This document shows positions 30,281-39,569 of a DNA stretch of 64,000 nucleotides, in pieces. The notes beneath the pieces are model-generated. The model saw only the letters and a program-made list of their open reading frames with translations, did no database searches and had not been told where the DNA came from. Location of the stretch: assembly GCA_963815095.1 (NCBI GenBank), contig CAWFFH010000003.1:928001-992000 (forward strand). Reading direction: 5' to 3'. The position numbers were made by a program, and so were the translations under genes. The stretch is from Candidatus Bathyarchaeota archaeon (GTDB lineage: Archaea > Thermoproteota > Bathyarchaeia > Bathyarchaeales > Bathycorpusculaceae). The first letter of the stretch is position 1; each line of letters begins with the position of its first letter.

Positions 30281-31015
30281 CTACTGCTTTTTTATTTTCA
30301 GTTTCCACCAAAGCGACATTACTTGCTTAAACATGTTCCAGGAATCTTTTGCGAGGTTTACCTTGGTGTTCTTGCCGCTTTTCCATTCAACGGCAATTTC
30401 CTTTATCTTGAACCCTGCACGGTGAGCTCTTACCAAGATTTCCGTATCCCAGAACCAGTGAGTAGCTTCCACCTTGTCAAGTAACTCCATGAGAGGTTCT
30501 CTTTTGAATCCTTTGAAACCGCATTGGTGATCGCGAAGTTTAGAGCCAAGCATATGTCTGACAAGAAAATTGTAGGTTTTACTGCTTATGCCTCGGCTCA
30601 TCGTACGTTTCGCTTTACTTTCAGCCATCATCCTGGATCCAGTTGCAAAATCGTATCCTTCAAGTGTAATGGCTTCTACAAGAGGTTTTAGATATTTTAG
30701 GTCAGTGGCCAAGTCTAAATCCATGTAAACCAAAACTTCGCCGTTGCTCTGCTTAAACGCATTGTTGAGTGCAGTTCCTCTCCCGAGTCGTTTTTCACGG
30801 TGAATATGTCTAACGCTTGGGGTTTTCTCTGCTAATTCTTCGGCAAGTTCTGCGGTTCCGTCGAAGCTGCCGTCTTCTGCAATGATTACTTCGTATGATT
30901 GTGTGAATTGTTTTAGGGTTTGAATGGTTTTTTCTACTGCTGGCTGCAGGTAGTTGACTTCGTTGTAGGCGGGAAGAACCACAGAAACCTGCAATAGCCT
31001 GTTTTGTATTGTCAT
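30281..31015 (-). CDS. GT2 dolichyl-phosphate hexosyltransferase (DPM1/ALG5-like)
   Basis: PAYNE, EDGS.DGT, MDLD, DHQCGFK, W.WDTEIL. Confidence 0.88.
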   Translation of the reverse strand: MTIQNRLLQVSVVLPAYNEVNYLQPAVEKTIQTLKQFTQSYEVIIAEDGSFDGTAELAEELAEKTPSVRHIHREKRLGRGTALNNAFKQSNGEVLVYMDLDLATDLKYLKPLVEAITLEGYDFATGSRMMAESKAKRTMSRGISSKTYNFLVRHMLGSKLRDHQCGFKGFKREPLMELLDKVEATHWFWDTEILVRAHRAGFKIKEIAVEWKSGKNTKVNLAKDSWNMFKQVMSLWWKLKIKKQ

Positions 31016-32877
31016 TATGCGTAACTGCCCCAGCTTGGGAACCACTTTAGATAATTGTTAATGAATGAATTTGAAACGGGGGCTCCTGAAATCACGGGGT
31101 AAAAAAGCAGAAACAGTCCAACAACGCCCGCAAAAATCGCTACAGCCGCTACCTTACCCATCCGAGTGTTCCAGTACTTGTTAACGAAGTAGGTTGTTGC
31201 CAGGCAAAGTAGAGGTACGCTGAGGTAGTAATGGTAGACGTATGTTGCTCTGCCTATGAAAACGTAGGGCAGCCATGAAAAAGCGAATACAACTACAATA
31301 AATATCGCTGTTATGTCCCAACCGTTACCACGTATACTAACCCCTTTGGCTGTAGATGACTTAGATATTCGGCTCCAAAGGTTCGCCACCACTGCTCTGC
31401 CATGAATCGCTCTCTCCGCGAGCACAAGCATCAATGCAAAGCCAATCCACCAGACCAAGGGGTTGCCGAAAACTGATATGGTGGAGATCATGTTGTTAGG
31501 CAGGTAGGTTATGTCAAACCATCTAGGAACCGTTATGTTGCCTGTTCCAATCATCAATGGCCAAGACCACCAAGGAGACGAAGAAGGATCAACAACGGAG
31601 CCTCCGTGGAAACTGAGCATAGAAAACTGCAAATTCACAATCGACGAGAACGAATCACCTAATAGCATGTCGGGGATGTAGGTTGCAAAGTAAATGAGCG
31701 CCACTAAGCCAACGCACGCCCCCAGAAGTAGGAACGGGTGCTCAAAGAAGCCAACATATTTGTCGGCTAAACTACCCTTTTGTTTCCAGAGATCCTTTAG
31801 TCTAACTGCGGCAAGTAATGCAAGCAGCCCCAACGCTGGAAAAAGCGGGAACCCAAATTTTGTTGAGAACCCTATAGAGAAGAAAACCACGGCTAATATC
31901 AAAGGCAAAACTGACGTTTTCTTCCAGCCATCCTTGAGGACTCTCATGAAGTAGACTAAGAAAAACAACTGGGAAAGCAACGAGAAAAATATTAGATAAG
32001 TGTCGACTGTACCGATTCGTGCCATGGTGAAGTGCATAAAATCGAAAGTCATCAAAAACGCCGCAGAGAACCCGCCTATCCAAGTGCCGAATAGTTTCTT
32101 GCCTAAAAGGTACATTACTACTACTATTAGAGTGCCAAAGATGACTCCCATTATGCGCCAGGCAAACGGCGTCGCGCCAAGGACTGCAACTCCAACCGCC
32201 TGGATTAGTTTTCCAAGGTCGGGATGGGTTCTCTCATCAGGTATTTGGTGATTAACAAATTCTACCGCTGATCTGGCAAAGTAAACTTCGTCGAAATACA
32301 TCTTTGACATGTAATCTGGGGGGATCTGAAGCGAACTCTGCTCGTCAACCAGCTTGGGCAATGTTGCATCCGTGTTGTTTTCTCCTGTTACGCCCACTAT
32401 TGGGATTTGCTGGTTGTTTGGGTTGGATAAGCCGATTTCGGAGATTAGAATGAGGGGTGAAGGTGTTTTGTCTGATGGATTGGGGACAGACCAGTAGAAG
32501 TCTGGTCTTGAATCGTAGGTTTCGGCTGTAACTTTGAATTCTAGATATTGGCTGTTCACATTAACAGGCATGTCTACTTGAACCATATAGTCTGTAGCTC
32601 TGCTCTGGAGACTTTGAGTACGCACGAAACTCCAGTTATCAGGTGAGCCGTAGGATACATCGACGGAGGCGTTGCCGCTTTGAACCCAGAAATAAACCGT
32701 TTGAACCTGCTGAACTGAACCCAAATTAACGTAGAAACTCTGCTGTGTTGTGCTCTGCCAGTTTGTGAGCGGCGCCTTAACTTCACCCACGTTCCCAGTG
32801 GCGATGCCAAAAAAGACTATTGCTAGCAGAATCATCGTTATGGTGTCTTTTTTGGTTATGGTTAATCCAAAGTTTAT
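31015..32877 (-). CDS. Dolichyl-phosphate-mannose:protein O-mannosyltransferase (PMT/GT39)-like protein
   Basis: YFDEVYF, THPDLGK, WR, RIGTVD, S.WWSWP, GNP..WW, R..Y.YHY; probable ATA start at 32877. Confidence 0.85.
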   Translation of the reverse strand: MNFGLTITKKDTITMILLAIVFFGIATGNVGEVKAPLTNWQSTTQQSFYVNLGSVQQVQTVYFWVQSGNASVDVSYGSPDNWSFVRTQSLQSRATDYMVQVDMPVNVNSQYLEFKVTAETYDSRPDFYWSVPNPSDKTPSPLILISEIGLSNPNNQQIPIVGVTGENNTDATLPKLVDEQSSLQIPPDYMSKMYFDEVYFARSAVEFVNHQIPDERTHPDLGKLIQAVGVAVLGATPFAWRIMGVIFGTLIVVVMYLLGKKLFGTWIGGFSAAFLMTFDFMHFTMARIGTVDTYLIFFSLLSQLFFLVYFMRVLKDGWKKTSVLPLILAVVFFSIGFSTKFGFPLFPALGLLALLAAVRLKDLWKQKGSLADKYVGFFEHPFLLLGACVGLVALIYFATYIPDMLLGDSFSSIVNLQFSMLSFHGGSVVDPSSSPWWSWPLMIGTGNITVPRWFDITYLPNNMISTISVFGNPLVWWIGFALMLVLAERAIHGRAVVANLWSRISKSSTAKGVSIRGNGWDITAIFIVVVFAFSWLPYVFIGRATYVYHYYLSVPLLCLATTYFVNKYWNTRMGKVAAVAIFAGVVGLFLLFYPVISGAPVSNSFINNYLKWFPSWGSYA

Positions 32878-34112
32878 TTGGGCTCACCAGCCTGTTGGGT
32901 TGAGTTTAATGTTGCGGGTTCACTTTTTAGCCATGCTCGTCCTTTCAGCTCATACCACATAAGTATTGAAGCATAAGCGAGCATCAATAAATTAATAGCG
33001 CTTACAGCCAAAATTATTGGGTCAAAAGGAAAATCAGAAGGATACCCCGAATTAAGCCAATTGAGAACCACAGCTTCATTGAGAAAAAGAGTCACAGTTA
33101 ATGTGACGTAGATTAGACGCGTTTTTTTGAGCAGCGGAAACATCAAAGCTAACATGCTTATTGCCGGAAACATGTAGCGTTCATGAATCCTTGTGGGCAA
33201 CATAAAGAAACAGAATAGTAGCATAAATGCTGCGAAAATCGCTAAATAGTCGCCTGAAACACGAAAACGTTTGTGCAGAACATATAACGTGAAAGCTGCG
33301 AATGCTCCAAACAAGATCCAACCTACAATATAGAGGGCGCCATCATGCACCCATGATAAACCAAGCAATCCCCACAAATTAAAAGCGTTAACTGAACCAT
33401 AGTTATAGTAGCTGTAGCCAGAAGAATAAATATTCGTTAGAAAAGGAATGGATATGCCTTCAAAGGGCAAAACTACAATTAAAAACGATGCTGCAAATGC
33501 AAGCAAAGATGACATTAGACGCTTCAAATTATTCTTCTTGTAAATTAACAAGATGATTAGAGGAGCTAAGGCGATGCCTTGAGGCTTAGTTAAGATGCCC
33601 AACGCGAAAGAGATTGCTGAAAGTTCGGGTTTCCGTTTGAGGGCTAGCATTAGTGAGAGAACCAAAAAAAACGTGTATACAGCATCGTACTGACCCCAGA
33701 CTGCTGCGTTAAAGATTACTGCGGGATTGAAAGCATAAAGTGTTGTGGAGAGAAGTGCTATTTTGAAGCTTGCTTGTTTTCTCACAAAAAAATAAATCAG
33801 ACCTGCAGTGGCTAAATCGAAAATGTTTGGAACGACCTTAACCATCGTAGCCATACTCAGGTGTATTGCATTTGCCAGCGACCCGAACGCCCAAAAGATG
33901 TATACGTTAAAGGGTGGGTAATCAGCGAATCCTGCAACTGAATAAAATGGTCTTATGCCATGTTGGGCGGCTGTTGTAAACCAAGAGATAAAGTCTCCTG
34001 TATCAGTAGGAAACCCTTGCAGGGGAAAAAGAAGAACCCTAACTGCGAGAGCAACAGCAAGCACCAAGGCTAAAATTGCTGTCTCGCGTCTTGGAAACGA
34101 GAAGTTAACCAA
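32874..34112 (-). CDS. GT-C fold membrane glycosyltransferase
   Basis: DYPP, FNPA, WGQYD, KPQ, NAFNLW, IHERY; multi-TM. Confidence 0.8.
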   Translation of the reverse strand: MVNFSFPRRETAILALVLAVALAVRVLLFPLQGFPTDTGDFISWFTTAAQHGIRPFYSVAGFADYPPFNVYIFWAFGSLANAIHLSMATMVKVVPNIFDLATAGLIYFFVRKQASFKIALLSTTLYAFNPAVIFNAAVWGQYDAVYTFFLVLSLMLALKRKPELSAISFALGILTKPQGIALAPLIILLIYKKNNLKRLMSSLLAFAASFLIVVLPFEGISIPFLTNIYSSGYSYYNYGSVNAFNLWGLLGLSWVHDGALYIVGWILFGAFAAFTLYVLHKRFRVSGDYLAIFAAFMLLFCFFMLPTRIHERYMFPAISMLALMFPLLKKTRLIYVTLTVTLFLNEAVVLNWLNSGYPSDFPFDPIILAVSAINLLMLAYASILMWYELKGRAWLKSEPATLNSTQQAGEPK

Positions 34113-34297
34113 AGTTCCCCCTCTTGGAGAATACTTGTTGACAACGAATAAGAAGCTTTTTCCAAAATCATCCACTTCGGGTTTGGTAAAAGTTCAAAAA
34201 TCTATCTTTATAGCTGATTCAATAAAAACTTCTAGACTACACTAAAAGATGTGCATTCCCCATAATGAGACCCTGAGATTACGCGAAAGTAGAGATT

Positions 34298-35182
34298 CTA
34301 TTCATTTTGTGTTTCATGAGGTTCTATTCGCACTTTCATTTCTAGTACCTCGCCAAATTTCTTTTTTATTTGTTTCTCAATCTCTGAAGCTATTCTGCTA
34401 GCTTCTTTGACGGTCATGTTGCCATCAACTGCGACGCGCATATCGCCTATTAAGAAGGATCCCATCTTTCGCATGCGAATACTGTGGACTCGTTTAACAT
34501 GCTCAATGCTTCTTGCTATGCTCTCGATTTCATCTATTATTTCGGTACACTGGCACGCGTCCAATAGAGAAAGAGAGGCTTCTTTTATTACTGCATAGAC
34601 CATTGAGAAGACGAAAAGTGAAATTATGATTCCTGCTATGGCATCTGTATGGAGAATATTGAAGTACGCGCTCAATGCGATGCCAATAAAAGCTGTGACC
34701 GAGGTTAGCACGTCTCTAATTGAGTTGGAGGCATCTGTCTTGAGCGCCAGGGAGCCATATTTCTTGGCCGCCCGAGTTTTATAAACTAAAAGAACGGAAG
34801 ATACTATGGCTGCTCCAAATACCACTATCAAAGCTGTTCTAGGATCAGCAATTAATTTAGGTTTAAGTAATTCTGTATACGATTCAAAGAGAATTATGCC
34901 GCCTAATGTTGCCATGAAAAGTGCTGCAACTATACTGCTAAGAGTCTCAACTCGGTAGTAACCGAAATGGAATTTTCCATCTGGAGCTCGTCTGGATATG
35001 CGCAAACCTATCCAAACAATTAAAGAAACTCCAGCGTCCGCGAAAGATTGGGTTCCATCTGCGATAAGAGCAAGACTGAGGGTGAATGTGCCTGCAATAA
35101 CTTCTATTAAGCCCAAAATGAGTTGAACTATGAAAGATCTTTGTGCTACTTTTCCGCCTTGAACAGGTCCATCTGACTTCAA
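34298..35182 (-). CDS. Cation diffusion facilitator (CDF) transporter
   Basis: SLALIADG..S..D, FHFGYYRVE, C-terminal dimerisation domain. Confidence 0.88.
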   Translation of the reverse strand: MKSDGPVQGGKVAQRSFIVQLILGLIEVIAGTFTLSLALIADGTQSFADAGVSLIVWIGLRISRRAPDGKFHFGYYRVETLSSIVAALFMATLGGIILFESYTELLKPKLIADPRTALIVVFGAAIVSSVLLVYKTRAAKKYGSLALKTDASNSIRDVLTSVTAFIGIALSAYFNILHTDAIAGIIISLFVFSMVYAVIKEASLSLLDACQCTEIIDEIESIARSIEHVKRVHSIRMRKMGSFLIGDMRVAVDGNMTVKEASRIASEIEKQIKKKFGEVLEMKVRIEPHETQNE

Positions 35183-35354
35183 ATCTTGAATCCTGTCTCC
35201 ATGGTGTCATCAAAACTGTCGTGCGAAGCTAAAAACCTTGAGGTTTCTCACCTTCGAAAGACCTCCTGGCTTCAAAGTTTCATTGACATTCTAGTCGATT
35301 CAGATACGTTAACTATAGAGGCGCGGACGTCGCTTAAACGGTATTCATGTGAAT

Positions 35355-35390
35355 TTGGAGCCTTCGGAGATTTTGACCCCCAACCGTTAC
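35355..35390 (-). repeat. Degenerate copy of tRNA-Thr 3' end (att-like)
   Basis: TTGGAGCCTTCGG identical (13 nt) to 38423-38435, then GATTTTGACCCCCAACCGTTAC resembles GATTTGGACCCGCGACCATTAC. Confidence 0.8.
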
Positions 35391-35430
35391 ATAGCGAGTA
35401 AGCATTAACTAGGAGTCTGGAGAGTTTTTT

Positions 35431-35821
35431 TTACCAGTTGGCTAACTCTAATCCTTTTACGCATTTGAAGTGTTTGTCACGTGTCAAGAGGACTTCGTGG
35501 TTTGTTCTGGCGATTGCTGCGATAATTATGTCAAATTCGCCTATTAGGCTCCCGTCTTCTTTTAATTCGCGGTAAATCTTAGCTGCTTCTGCGCAAGCTT
35601 CAAGGGATAAATCTACTACAACCATGTTAGCTATCGCTTTTGTAATTTCCGAAAGATTTTCTTGGCGTCTTAATGAAAGTGAGGCACCTTTTAGCAGTTC
35701 ATAATAGGTAATGGTTGTAATTGAAACGTTTCCGATTTTTTGTTAATTCATCAATTTTGTCTACGGCGTCGGGTGATCCTTTCAGAAAGGCAACCATTAC
35801 TCTAGTGTCGATTATCGTCAA
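35431..35821 (-). pseudogene. vapC: VapC PIN-domain toxin with +1 frameshift near 35735
   Basis: TTG start MTIIDT..; second frame TITYYELLKG..GEFDIIIAAIA..LLTRDKHF. Confidence 0.85.
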
Positions 35822-36042
35822 AATTGACCTCTCTTGATTTTGCATGCTCTCTATCCTTCAATACTATGGCGAAGACTTCATCAATGTCGGTCGCCTTTCC
35901 AGCATCCTGCAAATTCCATAAGTGACCTTTTTTTCTCTTTATCGGCAACTCGTAAAACGACGTCTGAGAAGGATTCGCCGGACTTCTTCATTCCTTTTAG
36001 CGTTTCATAAGCTTTTTCGGAGAGGGAAATAACTTTGGTCAT
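35802..36042 (-). pseudogene. vapB: VapB-family antitoxin, probable +1 frameshift near 35889
   Basis: MTKVISLSEKAYETLK..KK.GESFSDVVLR..FAGCWKGD; the +1 frame continues DIDEVFAIVLKDRE and overlaps the toxin start. Confidence 0.75.
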
Positions 36043-36060
36043 AGAAAATACTATGTGCAT

Positions 36061-36076
36061 ATGCATATATATGCAT
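36061..36076. promoter_or_regulatory. Perfect palindrome upstream of vapB, probable TA operator
   Basis: ATGCATATATATGCAT, about 20 nt upstream of the antitoxin ATG. Confidence 0.55.
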
Positions 36077-36157
36077 TATTTTTCTTAATCGACAGGGGCA
36101 TAAAGAAATTAATAAAATGGCGTCTTAGTTAGAAAAAATAAAAAATAAAAAGGGATT

Positions 36158-36850
36158 TTATAAGGGCGGCAACTGTTTGCCACAATGGGGGCAGAAGGTT
36201 GCGTCTAGTGCTACAGGTGAACCGCAGTTGGGGCAGAATCTTGCTGCTTGAGTAGGAGCGGTTGTTGTCGGTGGAATATAGCTGTATGGTTGTGAAGCGT
36301 AGGGTTGCTGTTGTTGTGGGCCCTTCATAGTGAAGAAGCCAATTACTGCAAATATCCAGGCGATGAAGATCAGCAGGACGCCGATTCCAATTATCGTCAG
36401 TATTGCGCCTACCCAAAGCAATGTGCCTGCGGTTTCAAACGATTGTTCCCCCGTTTTCTGCGCGAGTGTGTTGAAAGTTTTTCTTAAGTGCGAAGCTGCA
36501 AGAACGTAGAATACGAAGGCAACGATGAGAAACGCGGCGCCGACTGCTATCCCAATTGCATTGCCAACTCCGAATGTTGTTGGAAAGCTATTGATTACGA
36601 AGCCAATGACGAATCCTGCGCCTGCAACTGCTAACGCGATTAAAGCAACTATATAGTATTTGACGCCTGTTAATGAGTTCTGGTAGATCTCATTGTCTTG
36701 GTAGTAGTTTGCAAATTCTTTCATGGCCCTGAGTAGTAGGATTACGCCTATAATGCCAAGTATCCACCCAACATATGGAACCGCGCCGAGTATTGTTAAT
36801 ATTGAGCCTTCCATGGCTAAAGTTTTACTATATTGAAAGTTTGTTCCCAT
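36158..36850 (-). CDS. DUF996-like membrane protein with C-terminal zinc ribbon
   Basis: GSIL..LG, TGEQSFETAG..LWVGAILTIIGIG; FCPNCG..FCPHCG. Confidence 0.8.
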   Translation of the reverse strand: MGTNFQYSKTLAMEGSILTILGAVPYVGWILGIIGVILLLRAMKEFANYYQDNEIYQNSLTGVKYYIVALIALAVAGAGFVIGFVINSFPTTFGVGNAIGIAVGAAFLIVAFVFYVLAASHLRKTFNTLAQKTGEQSFETAGTLLWVGAILTIIGIGVLLIFIAWIFAVIGFFTMKGPQQQQPYASQPYSYIPPTTTAPTQAARFCPNCGSPVALDATFCPHCGKQLPPL

Positions 36851-37048
36851 TTTCTTTTTTCCTCCGAATTTTGTTTTTCTGATAGCACTACAAGGCGTGT
36901 GCGCGATATAGCCCTAACATTTAGAGTTGTTCCTCTAAGGGTTAGAGTCATAAGCAAATCGACAAATAATACTGAAATATGGAAACAAAATTTAGCTGTA
37001 GAGCGCTGTTTATCTTTGCGGCTGTGGCTTAGAAGGAAGTGGATGTAA

Positions 37049-37525
37049 GTGGCAAAGTCACGTGGAATAAGTGCAGATATTCAGTCTCCCAGAACAAAAC
37101 TACTGTACTTTATTTATTCTGCCCCAAACAGTAGAATTAAGGCTGAGCCAGGCGTAAAATCAAATTTGTCCTCTGCTTTAGGCTACAAGTCAGACGGGCA
37201 TTTCCACTATGACTGGAACTACTTAACGAATGCCGGTATGATTGAGGAAAAACAGGGCTATTTTCGGGTAACTGAGGAAGGAAAGAAAGAGTTTAGTTTG
37301 CAGTCAGCCGCTTCAAGAAGTAACATGACTATGATTGGAATAGGTGTCGCTATGGTTTTTTTCACTTTGGCACTTGAACTTGGGATTCTGCCCCAAGAAA
37401 GCGTGTTGTTTTTTGGGGTTGCATTAATTTTGGTCGGTTCCTTGTTTTTGGTGATAAGCAAAAGAAGCAAACCAGCGCTACAGCTTGAGGCAAGGGTTTT
37501 GCTAAAAGAACTAAGTCGGCATTAG
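37049..37525 (+). CDS. Winged-helix protein with two C-terminal TM helices
   Basis: L...GMIEE..GYFRVTEEGK followed by a hydrophobic hairpin. Confidence 0.65.
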   Translation: MAKSRGISADIQSPRTKLLYFIYSAPNSRIKAEPGVKSNLSSALGYKSDGHFHYDWNYLTNAGMIEEKQGYFRVTEEGKKEFSLQSAASRSNMTMIGIGVAMVFFTLALELGILPQESVLFFGVALILVGSLFLVISKRSKPALQLEARVLLKELSRH

Positions 37526-37677
37526 ACTTTAAGTTGTAAGACACAGGGTAGTCTTCTAAATCGGAGATTAAGGAAGAAAAGTCTTTACAGTTTTACCTCG
37601 TCATCAGAACCTTTATCGATGGACCTTTCTCTGTTTTGTAAAAGCGTTTAATACCATCTAATCGAAAATAATTGTCT

Positions 37678-37863
37678 ATGTCGACTTCGAAAATTTGCCC
37701 TAAATGCAATGGTTCAATGAAAAAATCTAAAGATCTATCCGCTATAGTTACAGCTTCTAAAGGAATCAAGGGGTATAGTGTCAAAACGAATAGGTTCATT
37801 CCAGCTAGGACATACACGTGTCAAGAGTGCGGTTACATAGAATTGTACTATGATACCCTCTAA
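37678..37863 (+). CDS. Small zinc-ribbon protein
   Basis: CPKC...CQECGYIELY. Confidence 0.7.
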   Translation: MSTSKICPKCNGSMKKSKDLSAIVTASKGIKGYSVKTNRFIPARTYTCQECGYIELYYDTL

Positions 37864-37880
37864 CCCGTCCAATTTGTGAA

Positions 37881-37897
37881 AGCCTTCGGGTATTTGG
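37881..37897 (-). repeat. Weak degenerate copy of tRNA-Thr 3' end
   Basis: AGCCTTCGGGTATTTGG vs tRNA-derived AGCCTTCGGCGGGATTTGG. Confidence 0.4.
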
Positions 37898-38043
37898 GAA
37901 GTTTTTCAGTTAACTAAAGAGTTCTAATTTTCTGTTTGTTGTATCTGGCTATTGCCAGCATGTCTTTTTATTACTGCAACAATATGCATAGTTATTCAAC
38001 ACGAATTTTTTCGCCCGTGCTTTAGACAAAATGGAGAAAAACT

Positions 38044-38520
38044 ATGCAAACTCGCAAAGATAGAAATGACAAAGCTACTAAAGCAGACGTTTTGAAAACA
38101 GGCATTTCCAAAAATGCGGCTAAGTCAACAATCAAATGCGAGTGCGGTTGGGAAACATTGTTGGTCCCTGATTTGAAGGCTATGAGTAAAACTATAGAGG
38201 CACACGTTGATACGCATAGAAAAATGGAGAGGGATTGTTCGAAAACTGATGCTGAAAATGAAGGTGTGGCTGCACTTGAGGCTGAACGCATCGAGAACTA
38301 TTTAGTTGCCCAAGTCCTAAAAAAAGCAAGCACACAAGAGAAGTTAAGAATTGAATCCTTTCAAAATCTAGGGTTCTATGGTGCCAACAAAGCAAGCCTT
38401 TCAAATGAATCAGGCGCAGAAGTTGGAGCCTTCGGCGGGATTTGGACCCGCGACCATTACCTTACCAAGGTAACGCCCCACCGGGCTAGGCTACGAAGGC
38501 GTTTTTCTTTTTCTTCTTGA
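38044..38520 (+). CDS. Hypothetical CxC/His putative zinc-binding protein; 3' end doubtful because it runs antisense through tRNA-Thr
   Basis: IKCECG..LLVPDLKAM..IEAHV..H; an out-of-frame TAA at 38345-38347 suggests the real end is earlier. Confidence 0.55.
   Translation: MQTRKDRNDKATKADVLKTGISKNAAKSTIKCECGWETLLVPDLKAMSKTIEAHVDTHRKMERDCSKTDAENEGVAALEAERIENYLVAQVLKKASTQEKLRIESFQNLGFYGANKASLSNESGAEVGAFGGIWTRDHYLTKVTPHRARLRRRFSFSS
38424..38500 (-). tRNA. tRNA-Thr(GGT), CCA encoded
   Basis: GCCTTCG/CGAAGGC acceptor, TTACC/GGTAA anticodon stem with TT-GGT-AA loop, GCGGG-TCCAAAT-CCCGC T arm. Confidence 0.93.
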
Positions 38521-38856
38521 AAGTGATTGCGGTATGCAATAAAGAGCTTACGGTTATTGCGCTGCATCGCAACAAATGAATTCCGCGAATATGTTTTTTG
38601 TCGATTGTGTGTTTGCACAATTGCCAGGCTAACGATTCCATACATAAACAACCCAACATACCCACACTGCACCCACAATCTCAACATACAATCTAACATT
38701 AGCTAGTGTGAATCAACCCAACCCTCAACCCGCAAACTACAACTCCAAAACCCTCAACCGCCTATCCCTTACACCTGGCCTGCTCCAAACTCTCAACACA
38801 CCTATCTACTCGCCAAACTCAGCCCAACGCTTAAAGCTACTATGCTATTTCAAGTC

Positions 38857-38945
38857 AAAAAACCTCCAAAACACGACAAAACACCTCCAAAACAGGGCAA
38901 AACAAGCCAAAAAACGACAAAATATGCAACCGAAAAAACCCCAAA
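38857..38945. repeat. Helically phased A-tract array including a 21-bp tandem duplication
   Basis: A3-A6 tracts start at 38857, 38868, 38878, 38889, 38899, 38909, 38919, 38933, 38943; ACCTCCAAAACA-NNN-CAAAAC twice (38862-38903). Confidence 0.7.
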
Positions 38946-39303
38946 CAGCAACCGATTTACCAAAAACCGCCTCAAATCAGCCATATCCCCCACACCAAAA
39001 CCCCATCTGCAACGTGCATATTCATGTAAAATTGGAACATTCCGCCATTTTTCACCAAACAAAACATAAAAATTCACATATCAAAAATAACTTTTTGTCG
39101 CACACAAAAACCCAAAAACACACATTTACCCAACCAAACCCTCAAAATGGCAATCAAGCCCTCTGCTGCATCACAACAGGTAAACAAAACCAAACCCCAA
39201 AGTGCAATGTGCAATTCTAACCCGCCACACCCACACAAAACAAAAAGTCAATGGCAAATAAATATTAAAGCAACCTAGCCTATTTCACACTGCGTATCTT
39301 TGT

Positions 39304-39391
39304 GCAGGGGTCTCCAAGCCAGGTCAACGGAGTAGGGCTTAGGACCCTATCGCGTAGGCGTTCGTGGGTTCGAATCCCACCCCCTGCACCA
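39304..39391 (+). tRNA. tRNA-Leu(TAG), CCA encoded
   Basis: GCAGGGG/CCCCTGC acceptor, TAGGG-CT-TAG-GA-CCCTA anticodon arm, long variable arm, GTGGG-TTCGAAT-CCCAC. Confidence 0.95.
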
Positions 39392-39569
39392 ATCTAACTA
39401 AAAATTGCAAAGCCCATGGTTGGCGATGTTAGAAGGCTCTTTGTTTTTGCTTATCGTGTTAGATAACAATGGATAAAAAGAGAATTTGGAACCATGAAAT
39501 CATAACGGTAACAGAATCTTTGTGAGGTTCTGTTAAGTCTCTGTTATTTGAACAGAAACTTTGCCTAAA

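Noticed and set aside
38438-38446. TCC instead of TTC in the tRNA-Thr T-loop as a sign of a pseudo-tRNA
   Set aside because: All stems pair and CCA is intact; a single loop variant is insufficient evidence.
38708-39220. 170-aa ORF and overlapping ORFs in the inter-tRNA spacer
   Set aside because: The N/Q/K/T/P/H-rich composition is what an A/C-skewed, stop-poor sequence yields; no motif or RBS.
39479-39540. Hairpin TAACAGAATC...GGTTCTGTTA downstream of tRNA-Leu
   Set aside because: Single occurrence between convergent units; most simply a terminator-like element.
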